A DNA stretch of 64,000 nt, taken from contig CAYGPK010000002.1 of the NCBI GenBank assembly GCA_964351975.1, positions 88,772 to 152,771 on the forward strand, in the 5' to 3' direction. The stretch is from an uncultured Methanosarcinales archaeon (GTDB lineage Archaea > Nanobdellota > Nanobdellia > Woesearchaeales > UBA583). This document shows positions 27,547 to 36,263 of the stretch, piece after piece (within the stretch, counting starts at the first letter, position 1; every line of letters begins with the position of its first letter). A model generated the notes under the pieces. That model ran no database searches, had not been told where the DNA came from, and saw only the letters and a list, made by a program, of their open reading frames with translations. A program made the position numbers and the translations under genes.

Positions 27547-28965
27547 TTAAACCCTATCCAAGATATAACCATCTTTACTTTCTTTAGAATCACGAACAAT
27601 ATAACCTAAATCTTTAATCTTATCACGTAGTTCATCAGACAATTTAAAATCTTTATTCTCTCTTGCCTTAACTCTCTCTTTTGCAAGTTTAATAACTTTA
27701 GCAGGAATTTTTTCCTCTTTTTCTAAAAGCCCTAAAACTTCATCTGTTTCTTCTAAAAATTTAATTACTAATTCAATATCACATTTAGAATACAACCTAG
27801 TTTTATTAACATAGTTTTTAAATTCATAAAGTGCCGCAAGAGCTTTAGGAGTATTCAAATCATCCTCAATAGCCAGATTAAACTCCTTTAAATAATTATC
27901 ATAAATTGGTTTTAAAACATCTTTCTCAGAGTTTACTTTAAGATTTTTAAAGGTAGAATAAAAATCATTAATTTTATCAACATTATTTTGACCAGCAGCT
28001 AATGAAGCAAAAGTAAAATTTAAATTTTTTCTATAATGAGTTCTCAAACAAACTTCACGAAAAGCGATTGGAGAATATCCTTTTTCAATAAAATCAGAAA
28101 TATAATAAACATTTCCCAAAGATTTTGACATTTTCTCTGAATCAACTTGAAGGTGATCATTATGTATCCAATAATTTACTTTTATTCCATGTGAACAAGT
28201 ATTTTGGGCAATTTCATTTTCGTGATGAATAGGAATATGTTCAATCCCCCCAGTATGAATATCAAAATGAGTTCCTAAATATTTTTCAGACATTGCAGAA
28301 CATTCAATGTGCCAACCTGGAAATCCAATCCCCCAAGGAGATTCCCATTTCATTATGTGATTAATATTCTCCCCCCTTAAAAACTTCCATAATGAAAAAT
28401 CTTGAGGATTTCTTTTTTCAGAATCAACTTCAACTCTTGCTCCAGATTTTTTATCTGATAGTTTTTGTCCAGATAATTTACCATAATCTTTAAACTTTGA
28501 AACATCAAAATAAACTCCATCAGAAGTTACATAAGCAATACCTTTTTTTTCCAATTCTTCAATTAATTTAATTTGTTCTTTAATATGTTCCGTTGCCCTC
28601 GGCAAATATTTTGGTAAAATAACATTTAATCTGTTTAAATCTTCAACAAATAATTTTTCATAAAACTTAGCTATCTCATAAGGATCTTTTTTTTCCTTAA
28701 TAGATGCTTTTAACATTTTATCTTCTCCAAAATCAGAATCAGAAACTAAATGCCCAACATCAGTAATATTAATAACATCTAAAACTTCATAATTAAAATG
28801 TCTCAATGTCCTTTTTAAAATATCAGAGAAAATCATTGCCCTCATATTTCCAATATGTTGAGTAGAATAAACAGTTGGACCACAAGAATAAATCTTAACT
28901 TTACCTTTTTCAATTGGTTTAAAAATTTCTTTTTTTCTAGTTAAAGAGTTATAAAACTTAATCAT
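27547..28965 (-). CDS. cysS: Cysteine--tRNA ligase
   Basis: YSCGPTVYSTQHIGNMR (HIGH motif), WHIECSAM, KMSKSLGN. Confidence 0.95.
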   Translation of the reverse strand: MIKFYNSLTRKKEIFKPIEKGKVKIYSCGPTVYSTQHIGNMRAMIFSDILKRTLRHFNYEVLDVINITDVGHLVSDSDFGEDKMLKASIKEKKDPYEIAKFYEKLFVEDLNRLNVILPKYLPRATEHIKEQIKLIEELEKKGIAYVTSDGVYFDVSKFKDYGKLSGQKLSDKKSGARVEVDSEKRNPQDFSLWKFLRGENINHIMKWESPWGIGFPGWHIECSAMSEKYLGTHFDIHTGGIEHIPIHHENEIAQNTCSHGIKVNYWIHNDHLQVDSEKMSKSLGNVYYISDFIEKGYSPIAFREVCLRTHYRKNLNFTFASLAAGQNNVDKINDFYSTFKNLKVNSEKDVLKPIYDNYLKEFNLAIEDDLNTPKALAALYEFKNYVNKTRLYSKCDIELVIKFLEETDEVLGLLEKEEKIPAKVIKLAKERVKARENKDFKLSDELRDKIKDLGYIVRDSKESKDGYILDRV

Positions 28966-29017
28966 ATTTATATTAAAATAATGTTATTTAAAAACATTGA
29001 GGTCTCATCAAAACTAA

Positions 29018-29809
29018 CTAATCTAAAAAGTTAGGGTTAACAATTTCCCAAGTTCCTAAACTTGCAGTTAAAGTCTCAACTTTATTTTCAGTTTTTGTAA
29101 CAGCTCCTTTTGAATCTAAAAACTCTTTAGTATATGAAACCAAAACCTTAAACTTCAATGATTCTGAAGATTTGTATTTAGTCGTATCAGATAAAGAAAA
29201 TTCAAGATTATCTTGCTTTGAACCTAAAGTCGTAAAAGCCTTATTCAAAACATTAGATGAATAAATAATTCCCTGTGAATTCTCAATTAATATCTCATCA
29301 ATAATAATCCCTGAAATTCTTGAAGAAGTTTGCGGTAATTTCAAAAGTTCAATATCAAGAACAACTTTATTTTCATTATATAAATTTTGAATAAAAGGCT
29401 TATTCAAATTAACTCTTGCTGAGAAGACAACATCAGAATTTTTAAACTCAAGAGATTTAGTTTGCTCTACAATTTGTTTATTTTGAGCTAAAACACAAGT
29501 TTGTTCAGAACTACAAGTGTATTCTAAATATTCTCCTTCCTCCCCATTACACCCTAGAGTTGGATGAACTTTAGGAACATCCTTTGCGCAAGAACAAAAA
29601 CTCTCTCCATCTTCAATAATTCCATTTCCACAAACATCTTTTTGAATTTGATTACTTACAACACACAACTCTTGCTCAGAATCATAAGTGTATTTAACAT
29701 AACTAGTGTCTTGACTAGAACAATCAACTGGTCCAGAACAAGCAGATAAAAATATCAAAAAAATAATAGAAAAAGGGAAAAATAATCTTTTGAAATTCAT
29801 TTTACTCAA
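29018..29809 (-). CDS. Secreted Cys-rich lipoprotein-like protein
   Basis: Signal with lipobox-like FLSAC. CGNGIIEDGESFC motif. Overlaps the upstream pilin-like gene by 8 nt. Confidence 0.6.
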   Translation of the reverse strand: MSKMNFKRLFFPFSIIFLIFLSACSGPVDCSSQDTSYVKYTYDSEQELCVVSNQIQKDVCGNGIIEDGESFCSCAKDVPKVHPTLGCNGEEGEYLEYTCSSEQTCVLAQNKQIVEQTKSLEFKNSDVVFSARVNLNKPFIQNLYNENKVVLDIELLKLPQTSSRISGIIIDEILIENSQGIIYSSNVLNKAFTTLGSKQDNLEFSLSDTTKYKSSESLKFKVLVSYTKEFLDSKGAVTKTENKVETLTASLGTWEIVNPNFLD

Positions 29810-30401
29810 CTTGTAGTGTTAAAACAATAGGAGATTGATATGTTGAAACATCATCATTATCAGTTGCATCAAGACCTATTGTAACATAATAAGTTCCTGG
29901 TAAAACTGAAGTTCCAGGATTAATAGTATACATACGACTTGCCTCAGTTCCTGATTGTAGTGCAACAAAACCTTGACCTTCTAAAGTAAATTTAGCGTTA
30001 TCACCTGCCGTTGAAGCAAAAAGGTTTGTATTTGGCTCAGAACCACTAATTATAAACACATTAATTCTACAATCTCCCTCTGGAAGTAATAAACCTGGAT
30101 TACAATTCATATTCGTATCACCAACATTTCTAACTTTAATATAAACTTTATTTTGCTCACCTTTTCTAACAGTTACAGTAGGTTTAGGTAAAATACATAA
30201 ATTATCTTTACAATTTGATACTTCATCTAATTTTAACTGGTCTTGTTCACCAATTTGATTCTCAAAAGTCCCCTTACCTTTGTTAACAAGACTGTTAACA
30301 AATCCTATAACTAGTCCTAAAACTACAATACCAATAATTAACATAATAATTAAATTAAGACTCATTTCAACAGCCCCTTTTCTATTTGAATTCATTTTCA
30401 T
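29802..30401 (-). CDS. Class III signal peptide (type IV pilin-like) protein
   Basis: MKMNSNRKG/AVEMSLNLIIMLIIGIVVLGLVIGFVNSLV has a basic n-region, KG, then a long hydrophobic helix. Start is chosen among internal Met codons, so it is uncertain by a few codons. Confidence 0.55.
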   Translation of the reverse strand: MKMNSNRKGAVEMSLNLIIMLIIGIVVLGLVIGFVNSLVNKGKGTFENQIGEQDQLKLDEVSNCKDNLCILPKPTVTVRKGEQNKVYIKVRNVGDTNMNCNPGLLLPEGDCRINVFIISGSEPNTNLFASTAGDNAKFTLEGQGFVALQSGTEASRMYTINPGTSVLPGTYYVTIGLDATDNDDVSTYQSPIVLTLQVE

Positions 30402-30499
30402 AGTAAACAAGCACAATAGTATTTTAAATATATTTTTCATATAGTATAGGAGTAACAAAGCAAAGTATTAAACTTTTAACAACTCAGATTATAAATACA

Positions 30500-30507
30500 T
30501 TTATAAA
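30500..30507 (+). promoter_or_regulatory. TATA box (TTTATAAA) for trpS
   Basis: 21 nt between the box and the ATG at 30529. Confidence 0.55.
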
Positions 30508-30528
30508 TAATTTTCATAAAGATAAAGT

Positions 30529-31686
30529 ATGACAAATAATAAAGTTACACCTTGGGAGGTTGAAGGAAAAGTTGATTATGATAAATTAATCAAAGAATTC
30601 GGTGTAAACAAACTATCAAATGAAATAAAAAAAAAAATTCAAGAATTATCAAAAAAGAAAGGAATTTCTTACCATCTCTACCTTAAAAGAGAGTTATTTT
30701 TTTCACATCGAGATTTTGAAAAAGCACTAGAAATGTATGAGAAAGGTAAACCTTTTTTTCTATACACTGGTAGAGCACCAGGAGGAAGTATGCATATTGG
30801 ACATTTAATTCCGTTCTTATTCACAAAATATCTACAAGAAATATTTGATTGTAATTTGTATATTCAAATTCCAGATGATGAAAAATTTTTATTCAAAAAA
30901 GATTTAACAAGAAAAAAAATTAATGAATTAGCAAAAATAGATTTAGAAGATATATCAGCAATAGGTTTCAACCCAGATAAAACTTTTATTTTTAGAAATA
31001 GTGAATTCATCAAAGTAATGTTTCCATTATATCTTGAAACAGCAAAAAAAATCACATATTCCCAAGCTAGAAACACATTTGGATTTTCAAATGATTCAAA
31101 TGTCGGTATGATAAATTATCCTGTACTTCAAATAATTCCAACCTTTTTTGAAAAAAATCCTTGTGTAATTCCTTGCGCTATAGATCAAGATCCATACTTT
31201 AGATTACAAAGAGATTATGCTCAAGGTTTAGGCTATTTCAAATGCTCAACTATCCTATCCAAATTTCTAACAGCATTAACAGGACCAGAAGGAAAGATGT
31301 CAGCATCACAACCAGATAAGGCAATTCTTTTGACAGACGAACCATCAGTTGTTAAAAAAAAAGTTAATAAATACGCGTTCTCAGGAGGAAAAGCAACTCT
31401 AGAAGAACACAGAAAAAGAGGAGGTGATACAAGTATTGATGTAGCGTACCAATGGTTGTATTATTTATTTGAAGAAGATGATAATAAAATAGAACAAATT
31501 AAAAAATCCTACGAATCAGGTGAAATGCTCTCTGGTGAAATTAAGGCAATCCTAATTGAGAAAATTAATTTATTTTTAGAAGAACATAGAAAGAAAAAAG
31601 AACTTGCTAAAAAAAATAAACTACTAGACAAATATATGTATAGCGGAAAACTTGCAAAAACAATGTGGGCAAAAAAGTTTGAATAA
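30529..31686 (+). CDS. trpS: Tryptophan--tRNA ligase (archaeal/eukaryotic type)
   Basis: TPWEVEGKVDYDKLIKEFG, YTGRAPGGSMHIGHLIPF, KMSAS. Confidence 0.95.
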   Translation: MTNNKVTPWEVEGKVDYDKLIKEFGVNKLSNEIKKKIQELSKKKGISYHLYLKRELFFSHRDFEKALEMYEKGKPFFLYTGRAPGGSMHIGHLIPFLFTKYLQEIFDCNLYIQIPDDEKFLFKKDLTRKKINELAKIDLEDISAIGFNPDKTFIFRNSEFIKVMFPLYLETAKKITYSQARNTFGFSNDSNVGMINYPVLQIIPTFFEKNPCVIPCAIDQDPYFRLQRDYAQGLGYFKCSTILSKFLTALTGPEGKMSASQPDKAILLTDEPSVVKKKVNKYAFSGGKATLEEHRKRGGDTSIDVAYQWLYYLFEEDDNKIEQIKKSYESGEMLSGEIKAILIEKINLFLEEHRKKKELAKKNKLLDKYMYSGKLAKTMWAKKFE

Positions 31687-31697
31687 CAATTAAAAAT

Positions 31698-32477
31698 ATG
31701 AAATTAAAATCCTTTTCAATTTTATTACTAATAATAATTCTAAGTCCATTTATCTATTCAAATCATTACGCAGATATTCAAATTGACGTTCTTAGTGATG
31801 GAAGTGTTTCAATTGATGGAACAACAAACTACAAACAATTACTAGAAATTAAAAACTCTCAACTCTACACTTCAAAAAATAAAAATCTCTGGACTTTTAA
31901 TTTAACAATAAATGAAACATTTGATAATTTTATTTATGAACTTAATTTACCTGAGTACTCTCAAATAAACTACATTAAAACAACACCAACATTTAGAATT
32001 GCAAATGATGAAAATAGAATTCAACTTATTGGAACCGGAGAAAACAGAGCTCTTGTAATAATTGTTCAATATGAAATTAATACTCCTCAAAAATTTATAT
32101 CTAAATATAAATATCTATTGTCGGGATTTGGAGTATTTCTTTTATTAATAATTATACTAAGATTATTTGGATTTAAATTAAAAAGAATAAAATCAAAAAA
32201 TAATAAAATAAATGATAGTAATAAGGATATTGAGAATAAAAAAATTCAAAAAGAACCAAAAGAGTTAGAAAATAAAATAGACTATAACTTATTATCAGAG
32301 AGACAAAAAGACATTGTTAAAATTTTAGAAAAAACTAAGAGATTAACTCAAAAAGAATTAGAAGAAAAAATGAGTATTCCTAAATCCTCAGTTTCAAGAA
32401 ATATTAGAACACTTGAAATCAAAGAAATAATTAAAAAAGAAAAGGTAGGCCAAACAAATTATATTTCTTTAAAATAA
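31698..32477 (+). CDS. Membrane-tethered winged-helix transcription regulator (signal/TM, ectodomain, TM, cytoplasmic wHTH)
   Basis: N-terminal FSILLLIIILSPFIYS. Second TM segment LLSGFGVFLLLIIILRLFGF. C-terminal LSERQKDIVKILEKTKRLTQKELEEKMSIPKSSVSRNIRTLEIKEIIKKEKVGQTNYISL is MarR/ArsR-like. Confidence 0.6.
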   Translation: MKLKSFSILLLIIILSPFIYSNHYADIQIDVLSDGSVSIDGTTNYKQLLEIKNSQLYTSKNKNLWTFNLTINETFDNFIYELNLPEYSQINYIKTTPTFRIANDENRIQLIGTGENRALVIIVQYEINTPQKFISKYKYLLSGFGVFLLLIIILRLFGFKLKRIKSKNNKINDSNKDIENKKIQKEPKELENKIDYNLLSERQKDIVKILEKTKRLTQKELEEKMSIPKSSVSRNIRTLEIKEIIKKEKVGQTNYISLK

Positions 32478-32490
32478 ATACAATTCCTCT

Positions 32491-32542
32491 TAGTTCCACC
32501 TAGTTCCGGTTATATCCACACAATATTTATATATAGTTCCAC
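32491..32542. promoter_or_regulatory. Cluster of TAGTTCC(A/G)(C/G) / TATATCCAC repeats flanking an AT-rich TATA-like stretch
   Basis: tagttccac at 32491, tagttccgg at 32501, tatatccac at 32511 and tagttccac at 32534. They lie immediately downstream of the wHTH gene and upstream of 32590. Confidence 0.4.
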
Positions 32543-32589
32543 TCCTATATTCATACCAAACAAAAATAAAATAAATTTAAAATATAAAA

Positions 32590-33750
32590 ATGTTAAAAAC
32601 AATTAAAATAATATTTATATCACTGCTACTATTAGCAACAGTTCCAGCATATACATTTGCTGATGATAACGAAACTGCAATTGCTGTAACAACAAGTATT
32701 GATATAAATGAAGATGAACATTCAGAAATGAATGAAATGGAACACACAAGAGGACATTTTCAAAATGAAGATGAGAGAAATGCACATATTACTAAAACAT
32801 CACTTGGTGCAAAAATTAGAGTACTACAATTAAAACAATCTCTTGAACATCAAATAAATGGTGCAAATATTATTATTGATTACTTAAATAATAAAAATGA
32901 ATCAACTGATGAACTTGAATCAATTGCAGTAAATTTTGAAGGTCTAGTTGAAGAAATTGATTCAATAACAATTGATAATAAAACTTCAGAACAACTAGCA
33001 GAAGAATTCATTGCAATTAAAGATAAAGCAAAAGAACTATCTCTTGAATTTAAAACAACAATAAGCGCTTCTTTAACAGATGAAGAAAAAGTTGAGCTTA
33101 GAGAATTATTAAAAAAAAATAAAGAGGAACATAAAGAAGATAATAACGAAATTAGAGACTTAATTCACGAATATAATACTCAAAAAACTAAAGAAATCTT
33201 AGATAAGTTAGGAATTGATTCAGCTCAAATTGCAATGCAAATTAGAACTGGAGAATTAAATCTGCAAGATATTAAAGATAGAATTAGAAATCAATTCTCA
33301 AATATTAATGAATCTGAAAGAGAAAGAGTTAAAGTTGAATTTAGAGAAGATGCCCAAAAAATTAAAATTGAAGCAAGAGAAAGAGAAGCTGAATTAAGAA
33401 TTGAAGCTAAAGAAAGAACTCAAGAATTAAGAGAAAAACTTCAAGAAAAACATGAAGATCTTATGAAACTTAGAATGAAAAATGAAGAACTTCGAGCTGA
33501 AATGAAAATGAAAGGCGATGAAATTGAAATGAAAATTCGTGAAGGAGATACAAGATTTGAGTTAAGAAAAGATGGAGAACAAAGATTCAGACAGGATAAT
33601 AGAGAAGTTAGAATTAAAACCGACGGATCAATTGAAGTTAGAGATTTAACTGATGATGAATTAGAAGAAGAAAATTATGAAGAAAAAACAGAAGAACATT
33701 CTGAAAATGAATCTGAAGAAGAACACGAAGATGAGGTTGAGAATAGATAA
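32590..33750 (+). CDS. Secreted K/E/R-rich coiled-coil protein with internal repeats
   Basis: Signal peptide IIFISLLLLATVPAYTFA. Long charged helical region with repeated (I/V)E(A/F)RE..E / ELR units. Acidic C-terminus. Confidence 0.6.
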   Translation: MLKTIKIIFISLLLLATVPAYTFADDNETAIAVTTSIDINEDEHSEMNEMEHTRGHFQNEDERNAHITKTSLGAKIRVLQLKQSLEHQINGANIIIDYLNNKNESTDELESIAVNFEGLVEEIDSITIDNKTSEQLAEEFIAIKDKAKELSLEFKTTISASLTDEEKVELRELLKKNKEEHKEDNNEIRDLIHEYNTQKTKEILDKLGIDSAQIAMQIRTGELNLQDIKDRIRNQFSNINESERERVKVEFREDAQKIKIEAREREAELRIEAKERTQELREKLQEKHEDLMKLRMKNEELRAEMKMKGDEIEMKIREGDTRFELRKDGEQRFRQDNREVRIKTDGSIEVRDLTDDELEEENYEEKTEEHSENESEEEHEDEVENR

Positions 33751-33822
33751 ATTTTTCTTTATTAACTTCTTTTAGTTAATAAAAATATTTATAAAAAATA
33801 ATCTCAAAAAAATACTATCAAA

Positions 33823-34059
33823 ATGGTGAAAAAAATAACAAATCTCATTGCTATTTCATTTATTATGCTATTAGTCTTATTTACTGGATGTTCATCCCAA
33901 AATAGCCTAACTGAAACAACACCACAAATTGATGTTGATACAACAGCTGATAATACAAATACGCAAATAACACAAGAACCGCAAGATGTACTTGATGAAA
34001 CTCTAGATTCAGAATTAATTGCTGAAGATGAAGAAGTTGAAATCGGCGAGTTGATATAA
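33823..34059 (+). CDS. Small acidic lipoprotein-like protein
   Basis: Lipobox-like LFTGCSS after a hydrophobic signal. TTTATAAA at 33788..33795. Preferred over the antisense ORF 33804..34064. Confidence 0.45.
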   Translation: MVKKITNLIAISFIMLLVLFTGCSSQNSLTETTPQIDVDTTADNTNTQITQEPQDVLDETLDSELIAEDEEVEIGELI

Positions 34060-34128
34060 ATCAACTTATTAAAAATTTCTTAAATTTTTTCCAAACCAAT
34101 TTTCTAAAATATTTAAAATTATATATTT

Positions 34129-35532
34129 CTAAAATATAAACATTAAAATAAATCCAATAAATAATGCTGGTAAAAATGCAATTCCATCTTTAACGTAGAG
34201 TTTTGTAAGTTCTTTATTATGTTTTGCAAGTTCTTTAATTTTAGCAAGTTGAAACTCATCAATACCTATTTTAAAATCTGAAATTTGATAGTATAATTTA
34301 TCTTTTATTTTAATATCTTGAACAATCCAATCTCCAAGAACAATTTTATCAAGTGGTTTTTGTGAAACAAATACAAAACTTTCAACAGCTTTTGCAATTT
34401 TAACAAATAAATAAATAGGAAATAAAATTAAAAACCAGCTAAATTTAATACCAAAAAAACCTATTAAAAAAAGTATTAAAAAAAAAAGAGGGAAACTAGC
34501 AAATTTTTCCAATTTATTAAATGATAATTCAACTTTTTTAAAGTTCTTAATAAAAAGATAGAGAACTAAAAATACTGCAATTACACCTCCTGCCATAAAT
34601 GAATAAAATAAAAATTTAAGCATAAATGATAAAATCCCTAAATTTGTTTTTGCAAGTGATTCAATTGTTACAATTTTAAAAAGATAAACTACAAAATTTA
34701 AACCAATAAGAATTGAGTAAGGGAAAATTTTTCTAACATCAATAAATCCTTCACCTTCCTCTTTAACATTTTCTCTAATCTCATGAACTTGTTCATTTGA
34801 TAAAACTTTATATCCGCTCTCATCAACATCAACTAATTTTTTTTTATTAAAAATCAAATCCGAATCAATAACATCACCTGATTTTAAATCCATATAATCT
34901 TTTTTATATTTAATAAACACAGAAGAAAAAGATCCTTCTCTTGCAAAAAATATTAAAATAAAAACTATAAATCCAATTAGAACAAGTGTTAAAGAATCAT
35001 ATTTAAAATACAGACCTAAAAATAATAAAAATAATACTATAAACAAATATAATAAATTTTGACCCTCATTTCTATTCTTAATTGAAAGAAATCTCACAAG
35101 TAAAAATAAAATAAATAAACCATCTAAAAATAAAATATAAGTTAAAAAAGTATCTAAAAACAAACTAATTCCAAGCGATAACAAATCTACAAAATAATTA
35201 TAAACAAAACCTGTATTTTCGATTTGTAAAACAAAGCTCATCAAATAATAAGAAGCACCAGAAAAACCTAAAATAAATTTAGAATCACCTCCACCCCAAA
35301 TTCCAAAATAAAATAACATTGCTCCAAATGCAAAACCTATAGTCATACCAAAACTAACATATTTTATAGGATCATAAGAAGAAATTACAAAACTATGAAC
35401 AATAGCTACAATTAAAATAATAAAAGCAAGTGAAAAATTAAGATAATCATAAACTTCTCTTTTTTTTATGTCTTCATAACAAGCTAAAATAAATGCAAAT
35501 AAAATTAAAATTAGAACAAAATATTCAATCAT
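34129..35532 (-). CDS. A24-family prepilin peptidase homologue fused to a long polytopic extension with a soluble insert
   Basis: ACYEDIKKREVYDYLN (first Asp) and GIWGGGDSKFILGF (GxGD). This is followed by more TM helices, a ~70-aa charged soluble segment, more TM helices and a soluble C-terminal region. Confidence 0.65.
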   Translation of the reverse strand: MIEYFVLILILFAFILACYEDIKKREVYDYLNFSLAFIILIVAIVHSFVISSYDPIKYVSFGMTIGFAFGAMLFYFGIWGGGDSKFILGFSGASYYLMSFVLQIENTGFVYNYFVDLLSLGISLFLDTFLTYILFLDGLFILFLLVRFLSIKNRNEGQNLLYLFIVLFLLFLGLYFKYDSLTLVLIGFIVFILIFFAREGSFSSVFIKYKKDYMDLKSGDVIDSDLIFNKKKLVDVDESGYKVLSNEQVHEIRENVKEEGEGFIDVRKIFPYSILIGLNFVVYLFKIVTIESLAKTNLGILSFMLKFLFYSFMAGGVIAVFLVLYLFIKNFKKVELSFNKLEKFASFPLFFLILFLIGFFGIKFSWFLILFPIYLFVKIAKAVESFVFVSQKPLDKIVLGDWIVQDIKIKDKLYYQISDFKIGIDEFQLAKIKELAKHNKELTKLYVKDGIAFLPALFIGFILMFIF

Positions 35533-35765
35533 TATTCAATATTAATATTATAAACTGAGTATACAATTAGTATAATTGAACTAATAACTGAGAGGTAATA
35601 ACCTGTTAATGAATTAGTTCCCGCAGAACTTGTAATTAATGATAAATATGGAAGTAAAGAAATGATTGTTACCATATTTAATATAAACATAGTAAGTCCT
35701 ACTCCTAAAAAAACTAGGCCAATCTTTTTTTTATCAAGTTCAATATAAATTCCTTTTTTTTTCAT
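35532..35765 (-). CDS. Small two-TM membrane protein
   Basis: Two hydrophobic helices. Same architecture as 35798..36022. Stop and start share nt 35532 with the downstream peptidase gene. Confidence 0.45.
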   Translation of the reverse strand: MKKKGIYIELDKKKIGLVFLGVGLTMFILNMVTIISLLPYLSLITSSAGTNSLTGYYLSVISSIILIVYSVYNINIE

Positions 35766-35797
35766 TTTAAATATTATAAAAATTTAGAAAAATAATA

Positions 35798-36022
35798 TTA
35801 TTTTTTCTCATGTAATGTATAAACAATATATACAATAGCTAAAACAGCTGAAAATACCGAAATATTAAAAGCCAATGTGGAATAATTCATAGGTAAAAAA
35901 CTAAGCATCGCACTTAAATTTAATCCAAATAATAGAAGAAAAACTCCTAAAAAGACATATGAAACTGCCTTCCACTCTTTCTCAAGGTAAACACCTAAAC
36001 TACTTAACATACTTTTTGTCAT
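35798..36022 (-). CDS. Small two-TM membrane protein (paralogue-like of 35532..35765)
   Basis: VFLGVFLLLFGLN...VLAIVYIVYTL parallels VFLGVGLTMFILN...SIILIVYSVYN. Confidence 0.45.
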   Translation of the reverse strand: MTKSMLSSLGVYLEKEWKAVSYVFLGVFLLLFGLNLSAMLSFLPMNYSTLAFNISVFSAVLAIVYIVYTLHEKK

Positions 36023-36263
36023 ACTCTAATTCTTTGAAAAAGACATTTAAAGATAATTATGAACTAATAAGTGAATAATAATACTCTTACTAACTCTAAG
36101 TATAAATTTAAAGAAAATAACTAATTTTATAAATACAATAAATTCTTTCTATATAATATAATGAAACCTGAGAAATTAATCAAAAAACACTCTCAACAAT
36201 TTCTTCTAAAAAATTGTATTGAAATTCTTGGATGTTTTTTTATAATTAACCTAAATTAGAAAA

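Noticed and set aside
33804-34064. 86-aa minus-strand ORF overlapping 33823..34059.
   Set aside because: The plus-strand ORF has a signal peptide with a lipobox-like LFTGC and an upstream TTTATAAA. The minus-strand product is a Ser/Cys/Val low-complexity shadow.
36162-36263. 33-aa ORF (MKPEKLIKKHSQQFLLKNCIEILGCFFIINLN) upstream of alaS, with a TTTATAAA at 36126..36133.
   Set aside because: The box-to-ATG spacing (28 nt) is off the 21-22 nt rule. The ORF is very short and has no recognisable features. alaS has its own TATA-like box at 36238..36245.
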